64,000 nt of DNA from contig NIVC01001852.1 of assembly GCA_002269645.1 (NCBI GenBank), positions 62,001 to 126,000 on the forward strand, given 5' to 3'. A program made the translations under genes and the position numbers. The notes below the pieces were generated by a model. The model was not told the origin of the DNA, did not search any database, and was given only the letters and a program-made list of their open reading frames with translations. This stretch comes from Macrostomum lignano. Its lineage: Eukaryota. This document shows, piece after piece, positions 41,097 to 52,700 of this stretch; the stretch's first letter is position 1, and each line of letters begins with the position of its first letter.

Positions 41097-41496
41097 AAAG
41101 TTTTTCATTTTAAATTGTATTGTAATTGTATTAAGATACAAAATACTAGCTAGGGCCTAGGCACAGCAATGGCACTAGGCTTAGGTATATATTAATATAT
41201 ATCTATATGTAATCTTGACTAAAATACATATAAAATATATCAAAAATATAGGCCTACCTATACTATACCTAGTGCTAGGCTTAGGCCTAGTGCTACAGTC
41301 CCATAGTATAGGGGCCTACTTAGGCCATAGTTTGGAAAGCAACAGAACATGTATCAGCAATCTTCCAGTTTGTTTTGCGATATTATTCTCAAGTTTGAAT
41401 TGGTGCTGCAACACAATGACACATGCTTGAGTGCAACCTTGGGATTCACTCGCATACATGCGTAACCCCCCTGTTTTACACTGGCCATGTGACTTA

Positions 41497-41842
41497 CTGG
41501 GTTTTTTTCATCCAAAATCTAGTTGCCAAATGGCAACTAGAGCTCAAAATCTAGTTGCCAATTACTATCCTCAGTTGCCAACTGACAACTGACCTACTTT
41601 ATAAAGTTGTTTTTGCAACAATTTTCATGCATTGATGAAAAAAATAATATGCTCAAATCAGCTTAGGCTTCTGGTTTTCAGCCAAGTCAATCTTAGCAGT
41701 AATAAAATGTGACAGACTGTTTTATCATTGGCAACTGCCTTGGTTCAAGTTGGTTGCCAGATTGGCCTCTGATGCCACAAATCCAGTTGCCAATGGCTTT
41801 TTTGGGTTGCTGGTGGCTATCGTATGGCCTAAAAAAACCCAG
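41497..41842. mobile_element. hAT-type MITE nested inside the 28S-carrying MITE
   Basis: TIR CTGGGTTTTTTT/AAAAAAACCCAG, perfect 8-bp TSD GTGACTTA (41489-41496, 41843-41850), internal ctagttgcca/tggcaactag repeats. Confidence 0.88.
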
Positions 41843-41892
41843 GTGACTTACCTATGAAAGAAACCCTAGAGCAACATTACCTAAAAACTTTT

Positions 41893-41956
41893 GGGTAAAT
41901 AGCAGGAGTAACTATGACTGTCTTATAAGGGCTAAATGCCTCATCATCTAATTAGT
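41893..41956 (+). pseudogene. 28S rRNA fragment (helix 69-71 region, R2/I-PpoI site)
   Basis: GGGTAAATAGCAGGAGTAACTATGACTGTCTTATAAGGGCTAAATGCCTCATCATCTAATTAGT versus the conserved 28S GGGTAAACGGCGGGAGTAACTATGACTCTCTTAAGGTAGCCAAATGCCTCGTCATCTAATTAGT (recalled). Confidence 0.85.
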
Positions 41957-42941
41957 ACTATGTCTGTATTCTTTGGGATGGGCATTTTTTGTGACTTACC
42001 CCTGGTCCACCACAATTTATAGTGGCCAGATTGGCCAGGTCGGCCAGTAGTTGTGTATGCATATTCACTTGGCCATTTCTATTGGACAGAATAGTAGTCA
42101 CATGACTGCTCTCAGCCAATAGCGACTTACATGTGTTGCTAATAGAAACAGCCGGGTGATTCCCAAGGTTGTGCATGCATGTAATGATATGTTAGAAAAT
42201 GATGTCTATGGCCAAAAGGGATGCAAAATAGCACTATTAAAGACATTCTGATTTCACTGGCTATCTGAGGAATTTCTATGGCACTGCCTATACCCTGGCA
42301 TAGCATTTGGTGCTGTGCTATATTGAGTGTCATATTATTATCCTCTGTAACCAGATCCTCTATAGTTTTCTGCTCTGTTTTTTGCCCCCCCCTTTAACTA
42401 TTACTTGTCTGCTTCTATTTCAGATCCCTTTTGGCCATAGGTATCATTTTCTGATGTTTCACTACATTGACACACCATTTTAAACTAAATAAACAAGCAA
42501 ATAATATTGTGAAACAAACTGGAAGATTGCCCATATATCATATATGCTAGTTGCCAGGATTTCTTGGTATACTATAAAAATGAAAGTATTAAAAATTTTT
42601 TATACTTTGTTTTTCATTGCAAAGGAATTGCAATGATTTTTAATAAATTCGGGAAAAGGTCTCTACATATGCCAAGTATACCAAAAAATTGGAAATATGA
42701 TAGTCATATATGCCAAAGTTAAAAAATTATGCAACTTTACTTTGTGCTTCAACAATAAAAGACATATTGTGCAGTTGCAAACAAAACAGTATGCAGTAAA
42801 ATTTGTTAATATAGTATTAAAATGTATTATATGAATGCTGCAAAATGCACCTTGATGTTATCTCTATAACAACATATGACTCATGTTTGTAGGTAGAACT
42901 TTTGCAATACAATAAGCAGAAATATATGAAAAAGCAACTAA

Positions 42942-43922
42942 AATAATAATAATAATAATAATAATAGTTACGCCCCATGCTAGCCACGGGAGTGGCCAAG
43001 AGGGGGGAGCGTCAAATCGCGCGTTTCAGAGCTAGGTCTCTAATGTGCTTCACACTGGCCGTCTGGCTGGGTGCTCGCACATCTTCAAAAAGGCGGTCGA
43101 CATAGTGGGCTGATCGTCCCTGGCCACACCTGCATGGTCCCTGCGGGGTCCACAGCAGGACGTCCTGCAGTGGCTCTGGGCAGCAGGCTTTGGCCCAGAT
43201 GACATGTCTGGCAAGCCGCAGGCGCCGCTGACTCAGCAGGGCAGAAGGCCGCGTCAGGCCTGTGTGCTTGTACAGGGACTCAGTTGTCTCGCTGCCAGGG
43301 CCGCAGCGGGCGCCGAAAGCGGCGCAGACTAGGGCCGCATGTGATGCGTTGAGCTGCGCCTCAAGCGCCCCGGTCAGCGTCCAGGTCTCAGCATTGTACA
43401 GCAGGGTGGTCTCAACAACCGCCTGGAACAGCTGGGACCTGGTGCCGTCGGACAGGGCCTCGGAGAGCAGCACCACCCACACAGATCGGAAGGCAGCCCA
43501 GGCCTTGCTGCGCCATCTCATTAGGTCGTCACCGACATCTGGCACCAGTCCGCCAAGGTAGACAAATGAAGGCACTTCAGGAGCGCCGTCCCGGGGCCAT
43601 CGCCGTCTCGAAGTCGAATCTTGGCGGGTAGATCATGCGGCACCATCAGCACCTTGGTCTTCCTGGCGTTGATGACGAGACCGACCCTCGCCGCCACCAC
43701 AGTCAGGCTGTCCAGCAGCCGTTGGGCGCCTTCGGCCATGGAAGACAACAGGGCAAGGTCATCTGCGTAGCCAAGAACAGACAGTTTCTTCTCCGGGTGC
43801 CGTCTACTGGTGCGCCTTTGCAGCAGAAAGCCATCCTCTGATGTCGGCAGGCCGGTCCTGAGCACCCAGTCCATCACCAGCACAAAGAGAAAGGGCGCCA
43901 GAGTGTCACCCTGTAGCACTCC
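42942..43922 (-). mobile_element. 5'-truncated RTE-type non-LTR retrotransposon (RT C-terminal part, one frameshift)
   Basis: GVLQGDTLAPFLF...LGYADDLAL...GLVINARKTK; frameshift near 43575; FVYLG...LLYNAETWTL...RRLRLARHV; stop at 43012, short 3' UTR and (TAT)n tail. Confidence 0.92.
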
Positions 43923-45377
43923 TGTAGCACAAAATTATAGAAATGGCTACTAAAGGCAATCATTGATATAAAATGCATGTCCTGTAGGCCTTTCTCAGAA
44001 GCAAGTGATAAGTAATAACTTAGTAGATAAGTTAAGTTTAAAGTATTTTAGCAATCAAAATTTTTTATGGATAAAAAAATAACCCTTAATCTCTATGGCA
44101 GTAGCAATTATACGAGCTAGCTACTGAAAAAATATTTTTTGATACATATAAGCAAGAATATTGTGTCTGGTTGCAACAACAATCTCTACTAGCATATAAA
44201 AGCCAAGTGTATAGAGGTGGCAAGCCCCCCCCCTACTAGCCTTTCAAAAGCCAGGAGTATGGAGGGTGGCAAGCCAACAGCAAAGTTGAGGGGAGGTAGA
44301 GGTATGAGTTAAGGAATTATAACTAAATATGGCTTCTTAGTTCTTATTTAGGCTAAATATATAGGTCTTAGTTATAAATCCATCGTCCTACCTTGAAGAT
44401 AATAGCATTTTTATTCATTAGTTACAAGTAATTTAATCAATATTAAATGCCTAGCAGCAATATATAATTTAAACTTGCAATAGAAAAATATTTAATTGTT
44501 ATTTTTTTAAAACTGAATCCTTTAAAAGCAAAATTAAGAATGCGAGTGCTATCATTTTTTGTTATGTGACATGTTTTGCTTTGCATCAGGCATTGTTAGG
44601 CTCCTGATATTTAGTTACAATTTATTTGTTTATTTACTTTTATTTAGCAATTAGATGATAGCATTATAATTTAGCAATTATAAGTAAATAAACAAATATT
44701 GTAACTAAATTTTAAGACCCTTTTCATCAGATGCGCAACTTTACCATAGTAATCCTTTAAAGTCCTTTAAAGGTTAATTCAATTAACATATTGTTTTTTC
44801 TAGGTCAATGTAGTTTGCGCTAGTAATCAAGTTGCAATTTCATTTTTCTTTTTCTTTTCTTTTGTTTTTCTTTTCTTTCATTTCTTTTATTTTTCTTGTC
44901 TTGTTGTTTTTGTTGTTTTTGAATTTTTATTTTCTTGGGTAGAACTTGGCTAGTAGCCTCTTTATATAGCTAGATTGGCTAAGTCATTCTTCTATCATAT
45001 ATCTATGCATAAGGACATCAATTTTTTCATTTGGTATATTTCAAGTCTTTTCTAAAATGCTATTTTCTTAAAGGATTTTTAGTTTTGTTTCATATGCATA
45101 TAGCTATATAAGAACATAAAGTAGACTGAAAATTTAGTGAATAAAATAGAATGTATTTGAATGTGCACAATGATTTTTTTAAGATATTAGGATTGAAACT
45201 GAATGATTAGGAGAGAAGAAGCTGAATTGTAAGATTAAAACATTTAGAAAATCAAATTTGTAAAAGCATATGATGACTACCAATTGTTTTTTGCTATATA
45301 TAAAAACTTAACTATAATTTGTATTTATAATTTTGCAAAATAATACAACATAGTTAATATGTTTTTTATGTTTTGTC

Positions 45378-45522
45378 CATGCTTGGGCGCAACCTAGGGA
45401 TTCACCTGGCCATTTCTTTTGGCAACACACACATGTAAGTTGCTATTGGATAGAATAGTAGTCACTAATGTGTGTGTTGCCAATAGAAAGAGCTGAGTGA
45501 TTCCCAAGGTTGCGCATATATG
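45378..45522. mobile_element. Short hairpin-type CAT-terminus MITE
   Basis: CATGCTTGGGCGCAAC...GTTGCGCATATATG, TSD GTTTTGTC/GTTTTGCC. Confidence 0.85.
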
Positions 45523-45572
45523 GTTTTGCCTGCATTATTGGTATCTGGAAAATACTATTGTAATAATGTATT

Positions 45573-45870
45573 CATACATGCGCAACCTCCAAAATTCGGT
45601 CGGCCATGCGACTTAGTTTTAACAAAAATGCGACGTAGTTTTTGGCCAAAAATGCGACTTACATGTAATAAAAACCCTAAAGCAAAATTAACGCAACTTT
45701 GGGTAAACGGAAGGAGTAACTATGACTGTCTTATTAGGTAAAAATGCCTCGTCAGCTACTTAGTAATACTACTTTGGTATTTTTCGGGTGGGCATTTTTG
45801 CGACTTCCTTGATTGGCTGCCAAATCGGTCGGCCGGATTGGCCGACTCGGCCGACTGTTGCGCATGTATG
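45573..45870 (+). mobile_element. CATACATG-family MITE carrying a 28S rRNA fragment, copy 2 (intact)
   Basis: Perfect TIR CATACATGCGCAAC/GTTGCGCATGTATG, perfect TSD AATGTATT (45565-45572, 45871-45878), subterminal TGCGACTTA repeats. Confidence 0.92.
45701..45764 (+). pseudogene. 28S rRNA fragment (helix 69-71 region, R2/I-PpoI site)
   Basis: GGGTAAACGGAAGGAGTAACTATGACTGTCTTATTAGGTAAAAATGCCTCGTCAGCTACTTAGT; about 56 identities by eye to the conserved 64-nt 28S segment. Confidence 0.88.
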
Positions 45871-47482
45871 AATGTATTTTAAAGCCCCAGGAATTTGCTA
45901 GCTAAACTTTTGTAGATCTTTTTTATACCAAACTTTTTTGAATGAATTGATGCTAATTGTTTTTATAATGATAGTTGCCTTACTAAACACACAGAAAAAA
46001 TTAAAATATGTAGAATAGCCTACTTAAGGAATAGTTGATAAATATAGATTATTATCAATATGAATGAGATTGGTAGTTCAAATCACATTTAAACTCTTAT
46101 AGCATGCTGGTATCGCCTCTAAATAGTGATTGTTGAAATAATAGCTCATATTGGTAAGTAGGGATTTCCAAATCCTACCACTTTTCAATCATCAGATTAG
46201 GAAATCCCAAAATCCCAGGATTATACTCGTAAATCAAAGTAATTCCCAGCCCAAAGTAATTTTAGTCCTCCTAGACAGACCTTGATAAAGATTTAATTAG
46301 TTTTCAAATGTAATCATAGGCTGTGATGATAGTTTTAGCCTTCAATTTTTTGTTGAAAAGAAAGCATCTTACTCTTATTCACATTGTAGGAACTAGATCT
46401 ACTAGATCTAGATCTATGGTCACAACCATATCACAGACCATGCCTCGCCTCATGATTAGCTGACATTGTGGGTTAGTATTGGTGGGTCAACTGTCTGTCG
46501 GTAGTAAAATATGAAATTTGGAATTGCATGAATTGCTGTCATTCAAAAAGTTGCTATTGTAAATCCCAGAATTTACAGTTGTCGAAAATCCCAAATTTTA
46601 AGAATACATTCCAGACTATACTGGTGAATCACAAGAAATTGCATCCGTAGTAACACTTTTGATGCTTTAAAAAATCATTCCCCAGAATAAAGTAGTATTT
46701 GCTCAAGTGTAGCTGCAGCAAAAAATTAACGGGATTAATTTGGTTAGATTGTTCGCCTGACTGCCCCTTTTAAATTGTATGTAGTTCTAACTTTAATCCC
46801 TCGGCTTGCTGCTCCCAATCCCATCAGAACAGTGAGGCATTCCCTGAAAGATAGAAGTTTCAGGCAGGGGAAGGAAAAGATCGGATTGAGCAGGGGGGCA
46901 GTGCAGTGAGGGAGGAAAGAGTGTAGCCGAATGGGAAAAAGATCTGTGCGCAGCGGGGCATTGGCTCTTTCAGTCAGTTAGTCAGGCAGGCAGTCTGTGT
47001 GCTTTGATGAAAAAACTGATGGGCCATTCGCTTCCCTCAAGGCATCCTGCAGGAGGGAAGCCAGAGAGCTAGTGAGGGAAGGGGGGCAGGTCCCGGCCGA
47101 TTTGAGGAGAATTTGAGAAGGAATGAAAACGTGCTCAATAGCGCTCGTCCAATAGGAGAGCTGACTTCTTCAATATATCCAAACATCAAAGCGTTATTTC
47201 GCCTATATTGCAGTTCTGTCCCATAGTCCATAGTTTCTCTCTGTCTCTGTGTCTACACTGTCTATATATGCCGATATTTTCAGACCCCATCCCCAATCTT
47301 TGGCTAATCGTTACATTCAACCCAGCTTCCCACAAGTTTTATATTGCTATAAAGTATATGTATTAATATAACGTTTACTCTAAAAGATTGAAACTCCGCT
47401 GCTTTCTTGATTCAATATTTATTTTCGCTTTTTCAGGCTCTCACGGTGCGAAATAGTTAACAATAATAACCATATTAACAGT

Positions 47483-47515
<33 letters not shown>

Positions 47516-47593
47516 GCGATTCGACAAGGGCGAAAGTCGGCTTCGACTCGATAGAGAGAGAGAAAGAGCAAAGGATTGTGAGGCTGACGCAGC

Positions 47594-48019
47594 ATGCCAG
47601 CTCTAGTGGATATCAATGTCACAATGGCCCTGACGCCAGTGTCACACTCGCCAATGGACGCCGAACAATGGGGCCGTCAGAGATTCGCTATATTTTTAGC
47701 CGCTTCAATTGGTTTGTACGCCGGTTTAGGATGCCTATTATTAGCCTGTATAGGTATCGTTTGGCGCCGTCGGAGGCGCTTAAATCGGCGCCGATTACGC
47801 GCCGGCGCCTCGTCGGCGGCTGTGTCCTCGTCGTCGGCCGCTATGGGCAACGGTGGTCACAATTTTGGCACCAATCACGACTGGCTGCTGGCGAGAGGCA
47901 CCGGCTGCAGCTCTTCGTCAGCTGGCGGGACTCCGTCGATGGATGACTGCAGCGTTCGGTTGGTCAGGCAGCTGCCTTGTTCGGGAAAAGCCGCCATCAT
48001 CTACGAGGCTGTGCTAGAT
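47594..48019 (+). CDS. BMP/TGF-beta type II receptor-like pseudokinase, exon 1 (TM + kinase start)
   Basis: Hydrophobic FAIFLAASIGLYAGLGCLLLACIGIVW followed by RRRRR; LVRQLPCSGKAAIIYEAVLD|GTGAGA, phase 0. Confidence 0.75.
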
Positions 48020-48024
48020 GTGAG

Positions 48025-49010
48025 ACTCCATAATCTTTTATTTAGATTCTATAATCCCTTATTTAGATTATCTAATCCTCATTTTGGATTCTTTAATCCT
48101 CATTTTAGATTCTCTAACCCCCATTTTGAATTTTCTGATTCCCATTTTAGATTCTCTAATCGCCATATTGGATTTTCTGATCCCCATTTTAGATTCTTTG
48201 ATCCCCATTTTAAATTCTCTAATCGCCATTTTATAGATTGTCTAATCTCCATCTAGCATTCTTTAATCCTCATTTTAAATTCTCTAATCCCCATTGTAGA
48301 TTCTCTGATCCCCATTTTAGATTCTCTGATCCCCATTTTAGATTCTCTAATCCCCATTTTAGATTCTCTAATCGCCATTTTATAGATTGTCTAATCTCCA
48401 TCTAGCATTCTTTAATCCTCATTTTAAATTCTCTAATCCCCATTGTAGATTCTCTGATCCCCATTTTAGATTCTCTGATCCCCATTTTAGATTCTCTAAT
48501 CGCCATTTTGGATTTTCTGATCCCCATTTTAGATTCTCTAATCGCCATTTTAGATTCTCTGATCCCCATTTTAGATTCTCTAATCGCCATTTTAGATTCT
48601 CTGATCCCCATTTTAGATTCTCTGATCCCCATTTTAGATTCTCTAATCGCCATTTTAAATCCTCTAATCCAGATTATAGATTTTAAATCTCCATTTAAGA
48701 TTCTCTAATCCTCATTTTATAGATTCTCTAATCCTCATTTTATAGATTCTCTAATCCTCATTTTATAGATTCTCTAATCCTCATTTTATAGATTCTCTAA
48801 TCCTCATTTTATAGATTCTCTAATCCTCATTTTATAGATTCTCTAATCCTCATTTTATAGATTGTCTAATCTCCATCTAGCATTCTTTAATCCTCATTTT
48901 AAATTCTCTAATCCCCATTGTAGATTCTCTGATCCCCATTTTAGATTCTCTAATCCTCATTGTAGATAGTAGAATCCCCATTGTAGATTCTCTGATCCCC
49001 ATTTGAGATT
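48025..49010. repeat. About 21-24-bp intronic minisatellite
   Basis: agattctctaatccccatttt variants starting immediately after the donor site. Confidence 0.95.
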
Positions 49011-49092
49011 TTATAACCCCCTTGTCCACCCTCAATAATCAGTCTCATAAGCTACTGAATTCTGATTCGACCCATTCATACTTTAGTCTCAG

Positions 49093-49373
49093 AACGGCGA
49101 TCCCTTATCACCCTTCCCATCATGCCTCAATCAGTCCTCAGCCGGTGACAGCAGCGGCAGTCGATCGTGTGTTGCCAAACTGTTTTATCCGGAATCGTCG
49201 AGCTCTATAGCCCAGTACCGGTCTGAGCTGTCTTCTTATCGCAAGCTGGAACGAGCCAACGCTGTGACATTCTTCCCCAGGCTGTTTGGTTGCACAATGT
49301 ACACCGGACAGAGGCCATGTCTGCTGCTGGAACTGGCCACCGGGGGCTGCTTATCCGACCAGTTGGCCGATAG
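49093..49373 (+). CDS. Receptor pseudokinase exon 2
   Basis: tttagtctcAG|NGD...SCVAKLFYPE...QYRSEL...PRLFG...CLLLELATGGCLSDQLAD-AG|GTGAAT. An alternative in-frame acceptor lies at 49135. Absent from the ORF track. Confidence 0.8.
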
Positions 49374-50230
49374 GTGAATTCTTATCTATCACTTAGTTCT
49401 CGCTGTACTTTTAGATATTGATAAAACCCCAGGAGTATTGTATCTGAAAGCACTTTAACGAGTTTCTTGTGTCATAGTACTCTTGGCGCGACATGTTCAA
49501 ATTTGAAATGGCATAACCATTTTATTTGCCTTCCAATTATTATCTAGATTTAGATTAGCTAGATCTATATTGTCTATATTTATATAAGCATTAGCAACGG
49601 CGTGAGAGATTTTCTATCGGATATACTTAGCTTTTATTCTGTAAAACTGTTACGTACAATTTGCGTATATGCAGCGTAGGTCTACTTATTGGCTATGAGT
49701 TTATAAGCCTGCTAATCATAATTATTAATACGCTCGTATACAGCATTGCTTTGCAGAGATGCCTACCACAGTTCAGTTAATTAGCATTATTACCTTCATT
49801 CGATTTTATATGCACTACGCACTGACGATTAGTGTTAAACCTAGACAAAGCTGGGTAGAAGAGGTGGGAACGTATTTCGTGCATCAGTCTTGAAGGGGTA
49901 CCCAGATTTATGTAGGATACCTAGATTAATAAATACAGATAAACAGCCGTGTACTCAGATTAATACCTAAATAAATACTCAGTCATATAGCCATATAAAT
50001 ACTAAATAAGTACCTAGCCGTATACCCAGATAAGTACCCAGTCATATACCCAGATGTCCAAAAAAGTGGCCATCCTTTTTAGGTGAACAGCAGGGTATTT
50101 ATTTGGGTACATAATTAACTTTGAGTGACACTAAAAATCCCAATGAATATATCCAGCTGCTTAAGTGAACTCAAGCCCCATCTGTTACTCACTTTCAACT
50201 GATAAAATTCAACCAATCAAGGTGCTACAG

Positions 50231-50572
50231 CTGGTCAGATTTCTGCCGTTTAGCCTGCGCCCTCTGCGCCGCCGTGGCCCAGTTGCACAGCATCGGTCGG
50301 GCTCATTGCCGATTAGAGACTGCCAGCTTTGTGCTCAGAGGGCCGCTGGCACCACTGCTAGTGGGCCTGTCCGGCTTCTGGTCCACCGTTGGTAGTCACC
50401 TGCGCTACGCTGCACCAGAGCTGTTAGCAGCTTCCCAGCAGACTCCGCAGCATCATAATCAGAAACGGAATGGCAAATTGCATCAGCAGGGTCAGGGCTC
50501 GTTCAATCTGGAACAGCTGATGGCGGCTGATTCTTATTCGCTAGGCCTCATACTGTGGGAGGTCGCTACCCG
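50231..50572 (+). CDS. Receptor pseudokinase exon 3
   Basis: gctacAG|(S)WSDFCRLACALCAAVAQLHS...AHCRLETAS...LVGLS...VGSHLRYAAPELL...AADSYSLGLILWEVAT-CG|GTAAGT, resembling BMPR2 WVSSCRLAHS...SHRDLNSRN...DFGLS...VGTIRYMAPEVL...VDMYALGLIYWEI. Confidence 0.88.
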
Positions 50573-50619
50573 GTAAGTCCAATCACAGTGTAGTCTTCTA
50601 TGGGATACTTTGATATGGT

Positions 50620-50860
50620 TATGACGTCATTGATACTTACTGACGTCATCGACCCTCATTAATACTTACTCACATCATCAACTCTCATTGATGCTTTCTG
50701 GCTTCATCGACCCATATTGATACTTAATGACGTCATCAACCCATATGGATAACCTAATGACGTCATCGACCCGCATTTATACCTAATAGCGTTATTGACC
50801 ACCTGATATTTGCTGACGTCATCGACCCGCATTTATACTTAATGACGTCATTGACCCTCA
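50620..50860. repeat. About 29-bp degenerate intronic repeat with six perfect TGACGTCA palindromes
   Basis: TGACGTCA at 50622, 50641, 50728, 50758, 50814 and 50843. Confidence 0.8.
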
Positions 50861-51173
50861 TTTCTCTGATCGATAATTACTGAGACGTTATCAATCAATC
50901 GATACTCGTTGTTGATACCTAAAGACCTCGTTTATACCTGTCATTGATGACAGTAATAATCAAGCAGAGCTTATAAGTGACTATTCAATACAACTTTTCT
51001 GAATGAATTCAGAAAATGATTTTATTAATCAAAGTGATAATAAATAAACTTTAATATTCCCTCAATCATTTGAAACGAAAGCATTGACACTTGTAGCTGG
51101 CTTATTTACTGCCATAATTAACTACATTCATATTTAGAATTTAGTTTACACTACCTTAACTCGCATTGCGCAG

Positions 51174-51519
51174 GTGCTCTGCATTTTACGATAAATCGGA
51201 ATCGCCGCCGTCCTATGCTCCCGTATTCTCTGACCGGCTAAAAGTTCGCAGTTCGTCTGCCTCATCGGCCGATTCGTCTGCTCAACGAACTCTAACAGCT
51301 TCTCAGGCTAGAGCAGCTCTGCTCAGGCCCGGCCTAGACTATTTGTCTACTGCTAATCCTCTGTCGGCCTCTCTGACACTGCCGGTGCAGAATCATCCGG
51401 CGCTGCCATTTATTGCTGAAACTCTGGCCGAGTGTTGGACACCGGCTAGCGTTGGTAAACGGCTTAGCCCGGCCAGTCTGCACGCCAGGTTCTCGTCTTT
51501 GGCGCCAAATTTTGTTTGA
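51174..51519 (+). CDS. Receptor pseudokinase exon 4
   Basis: ttgcgcAG|G gives RCSAFYDKSESPPSYAPVF (BMPR2: RCTDLFPGESVPEYQMAF)...LAECW...RLSP; stop at 51517-51519. Four exons sum to 1395 nt, in frame. Confidence 0.85.
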
Positions 51520-52324
51520 AATTTCTTTTCAATTTACCGGCTAATTAGCTGACGACGCATTAAAGCTTGATTTTTAATGCATTGTTGCTCCTGCCGCTTA
51601 TTTACTTTTTAAAATAAACTCAAAAGAATGACTATGCGATTTTTTAGATTAGTTCTATAACTAATATAATACTCATTAGATGTCGAGGCCTTTCATTATC
51701 CTAACAAAAGAATAGCTACTCGTGCCGTTTACCCATCGCAAACTTCAACATTAATGGAAATAGAAAATTATTATAACCCCTTCACTGCTTTGTGCAATTA
51801 TGCACGAAATGTTACTTATTAAAACCATATCTACACCTGTAAGTCGATACTAGTTTATAATCATAGCCTCAAAACTAATTAGATGACGAGGCTTTTCATT
51901 AATAAGGCTAATGTATAGTTACTCTCGCCCTTTAAACCCTAAATATTCACTTGTATTTTGCCTCTACCCCTTCTCTCCCCTTCTCCTTCCTAAGAAAAAA
52001 TAACACTCTCTGAAATTGGAACAGCAGCTTAATCCGATTGGTATTTGCATAGAGAAATATTAAATTTCTTCTTTTTTAACCTGCATCTAGTCAGTCCTAA
52101 TCATGAAAGCAGAACGCTGAAGCTATCGGAGCCCGCCCCACGATTTCATGCCAGCTGCTTTTCGATTAACCAATTCGAATTTTATCTAGTCGCTTCTTAT
52201 CCTGTTACTTGAGCTTCAACTGGTTCTTCTCTCAGCTGCTTTTTGCAGAGCGATGCTGCAATGTTAATTTGGATTTTATCACTGCGCCTTTTTATTGCTT
52301 CACTGCTGTATTGTGTCAGCATGT

Positions 52325-52519
52325 AAGTCCTGTCTGTCTCTGTCTGTCTGATTGTCTGTCTTAGTACCTGTCTGTCTGTCTGTCTGTCTGTCTCTGTCTG
52401 TCTGATTGTCTGTCTTAGTACCTGTCTGTTTGTCTGTCTGTCTGTCTGATTGTCTGTCTTAGTACCTGTCTGTCTGTCTGTCTGTCTGTCTGCTTTAGTA
52501 CCTGCCTGACTGTCTGTCC

Positions 52520-52551
<32 letters not shown>

Positions 52552-52700
52552 GCTTTAGTACCTGCCTGACTGTCTGTCCGTCTGTCTGTCTGTCTGTCTG
52601 TGTGTGTGTGTCTGACTGTCTGTCTTTCTAGTGTCTGCCTGTCTGTCTCTTCCTATCTGCCTGTCTCCCTTTGAGCCCACCAGCTGTCTGTCTGTCTTAC
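52325..52700. repeat. (CTGT)n compound microsatellite
   Basis: Direct reading of the sequence. Confidence 0.95.

Larger units (their letters stand above)
41453..42063 (+). mobile_element. CATACATG-family MITE carrying a 28S rRNA fragment, copy 1
   Basis: Left end CATACATGCGTAAC, decayed right end GTTGTGTATGCATA, TSD TTCACTCG/TTCACTTG; collinear with 45573-45870. Confidence 0.8.
41422..42181. mobile_element. Hairpin-type CAT-terminus MITE (host of two nested insertions)
   Basis: Termini CATGCTTGAGTGCAAC...GTTGTGCATGCATG, TSD CAATGACA/TAATGATA; homologous to 25174 and 45378 once the inserts are removed. Confidence 0.8.

Noticed and set aside
41893-45764. Possible rDNA locus
   Set aside because: Only two 64-nt diverged fragments inside MITEs; no flanking rRNA sequence.
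48020-48708. RFSDPHF / MGIRESK repeat ORFs extending the receptor exon
   Set aside because: They lie after a canonical GTGAGA donor, within the intronic minisatellite.
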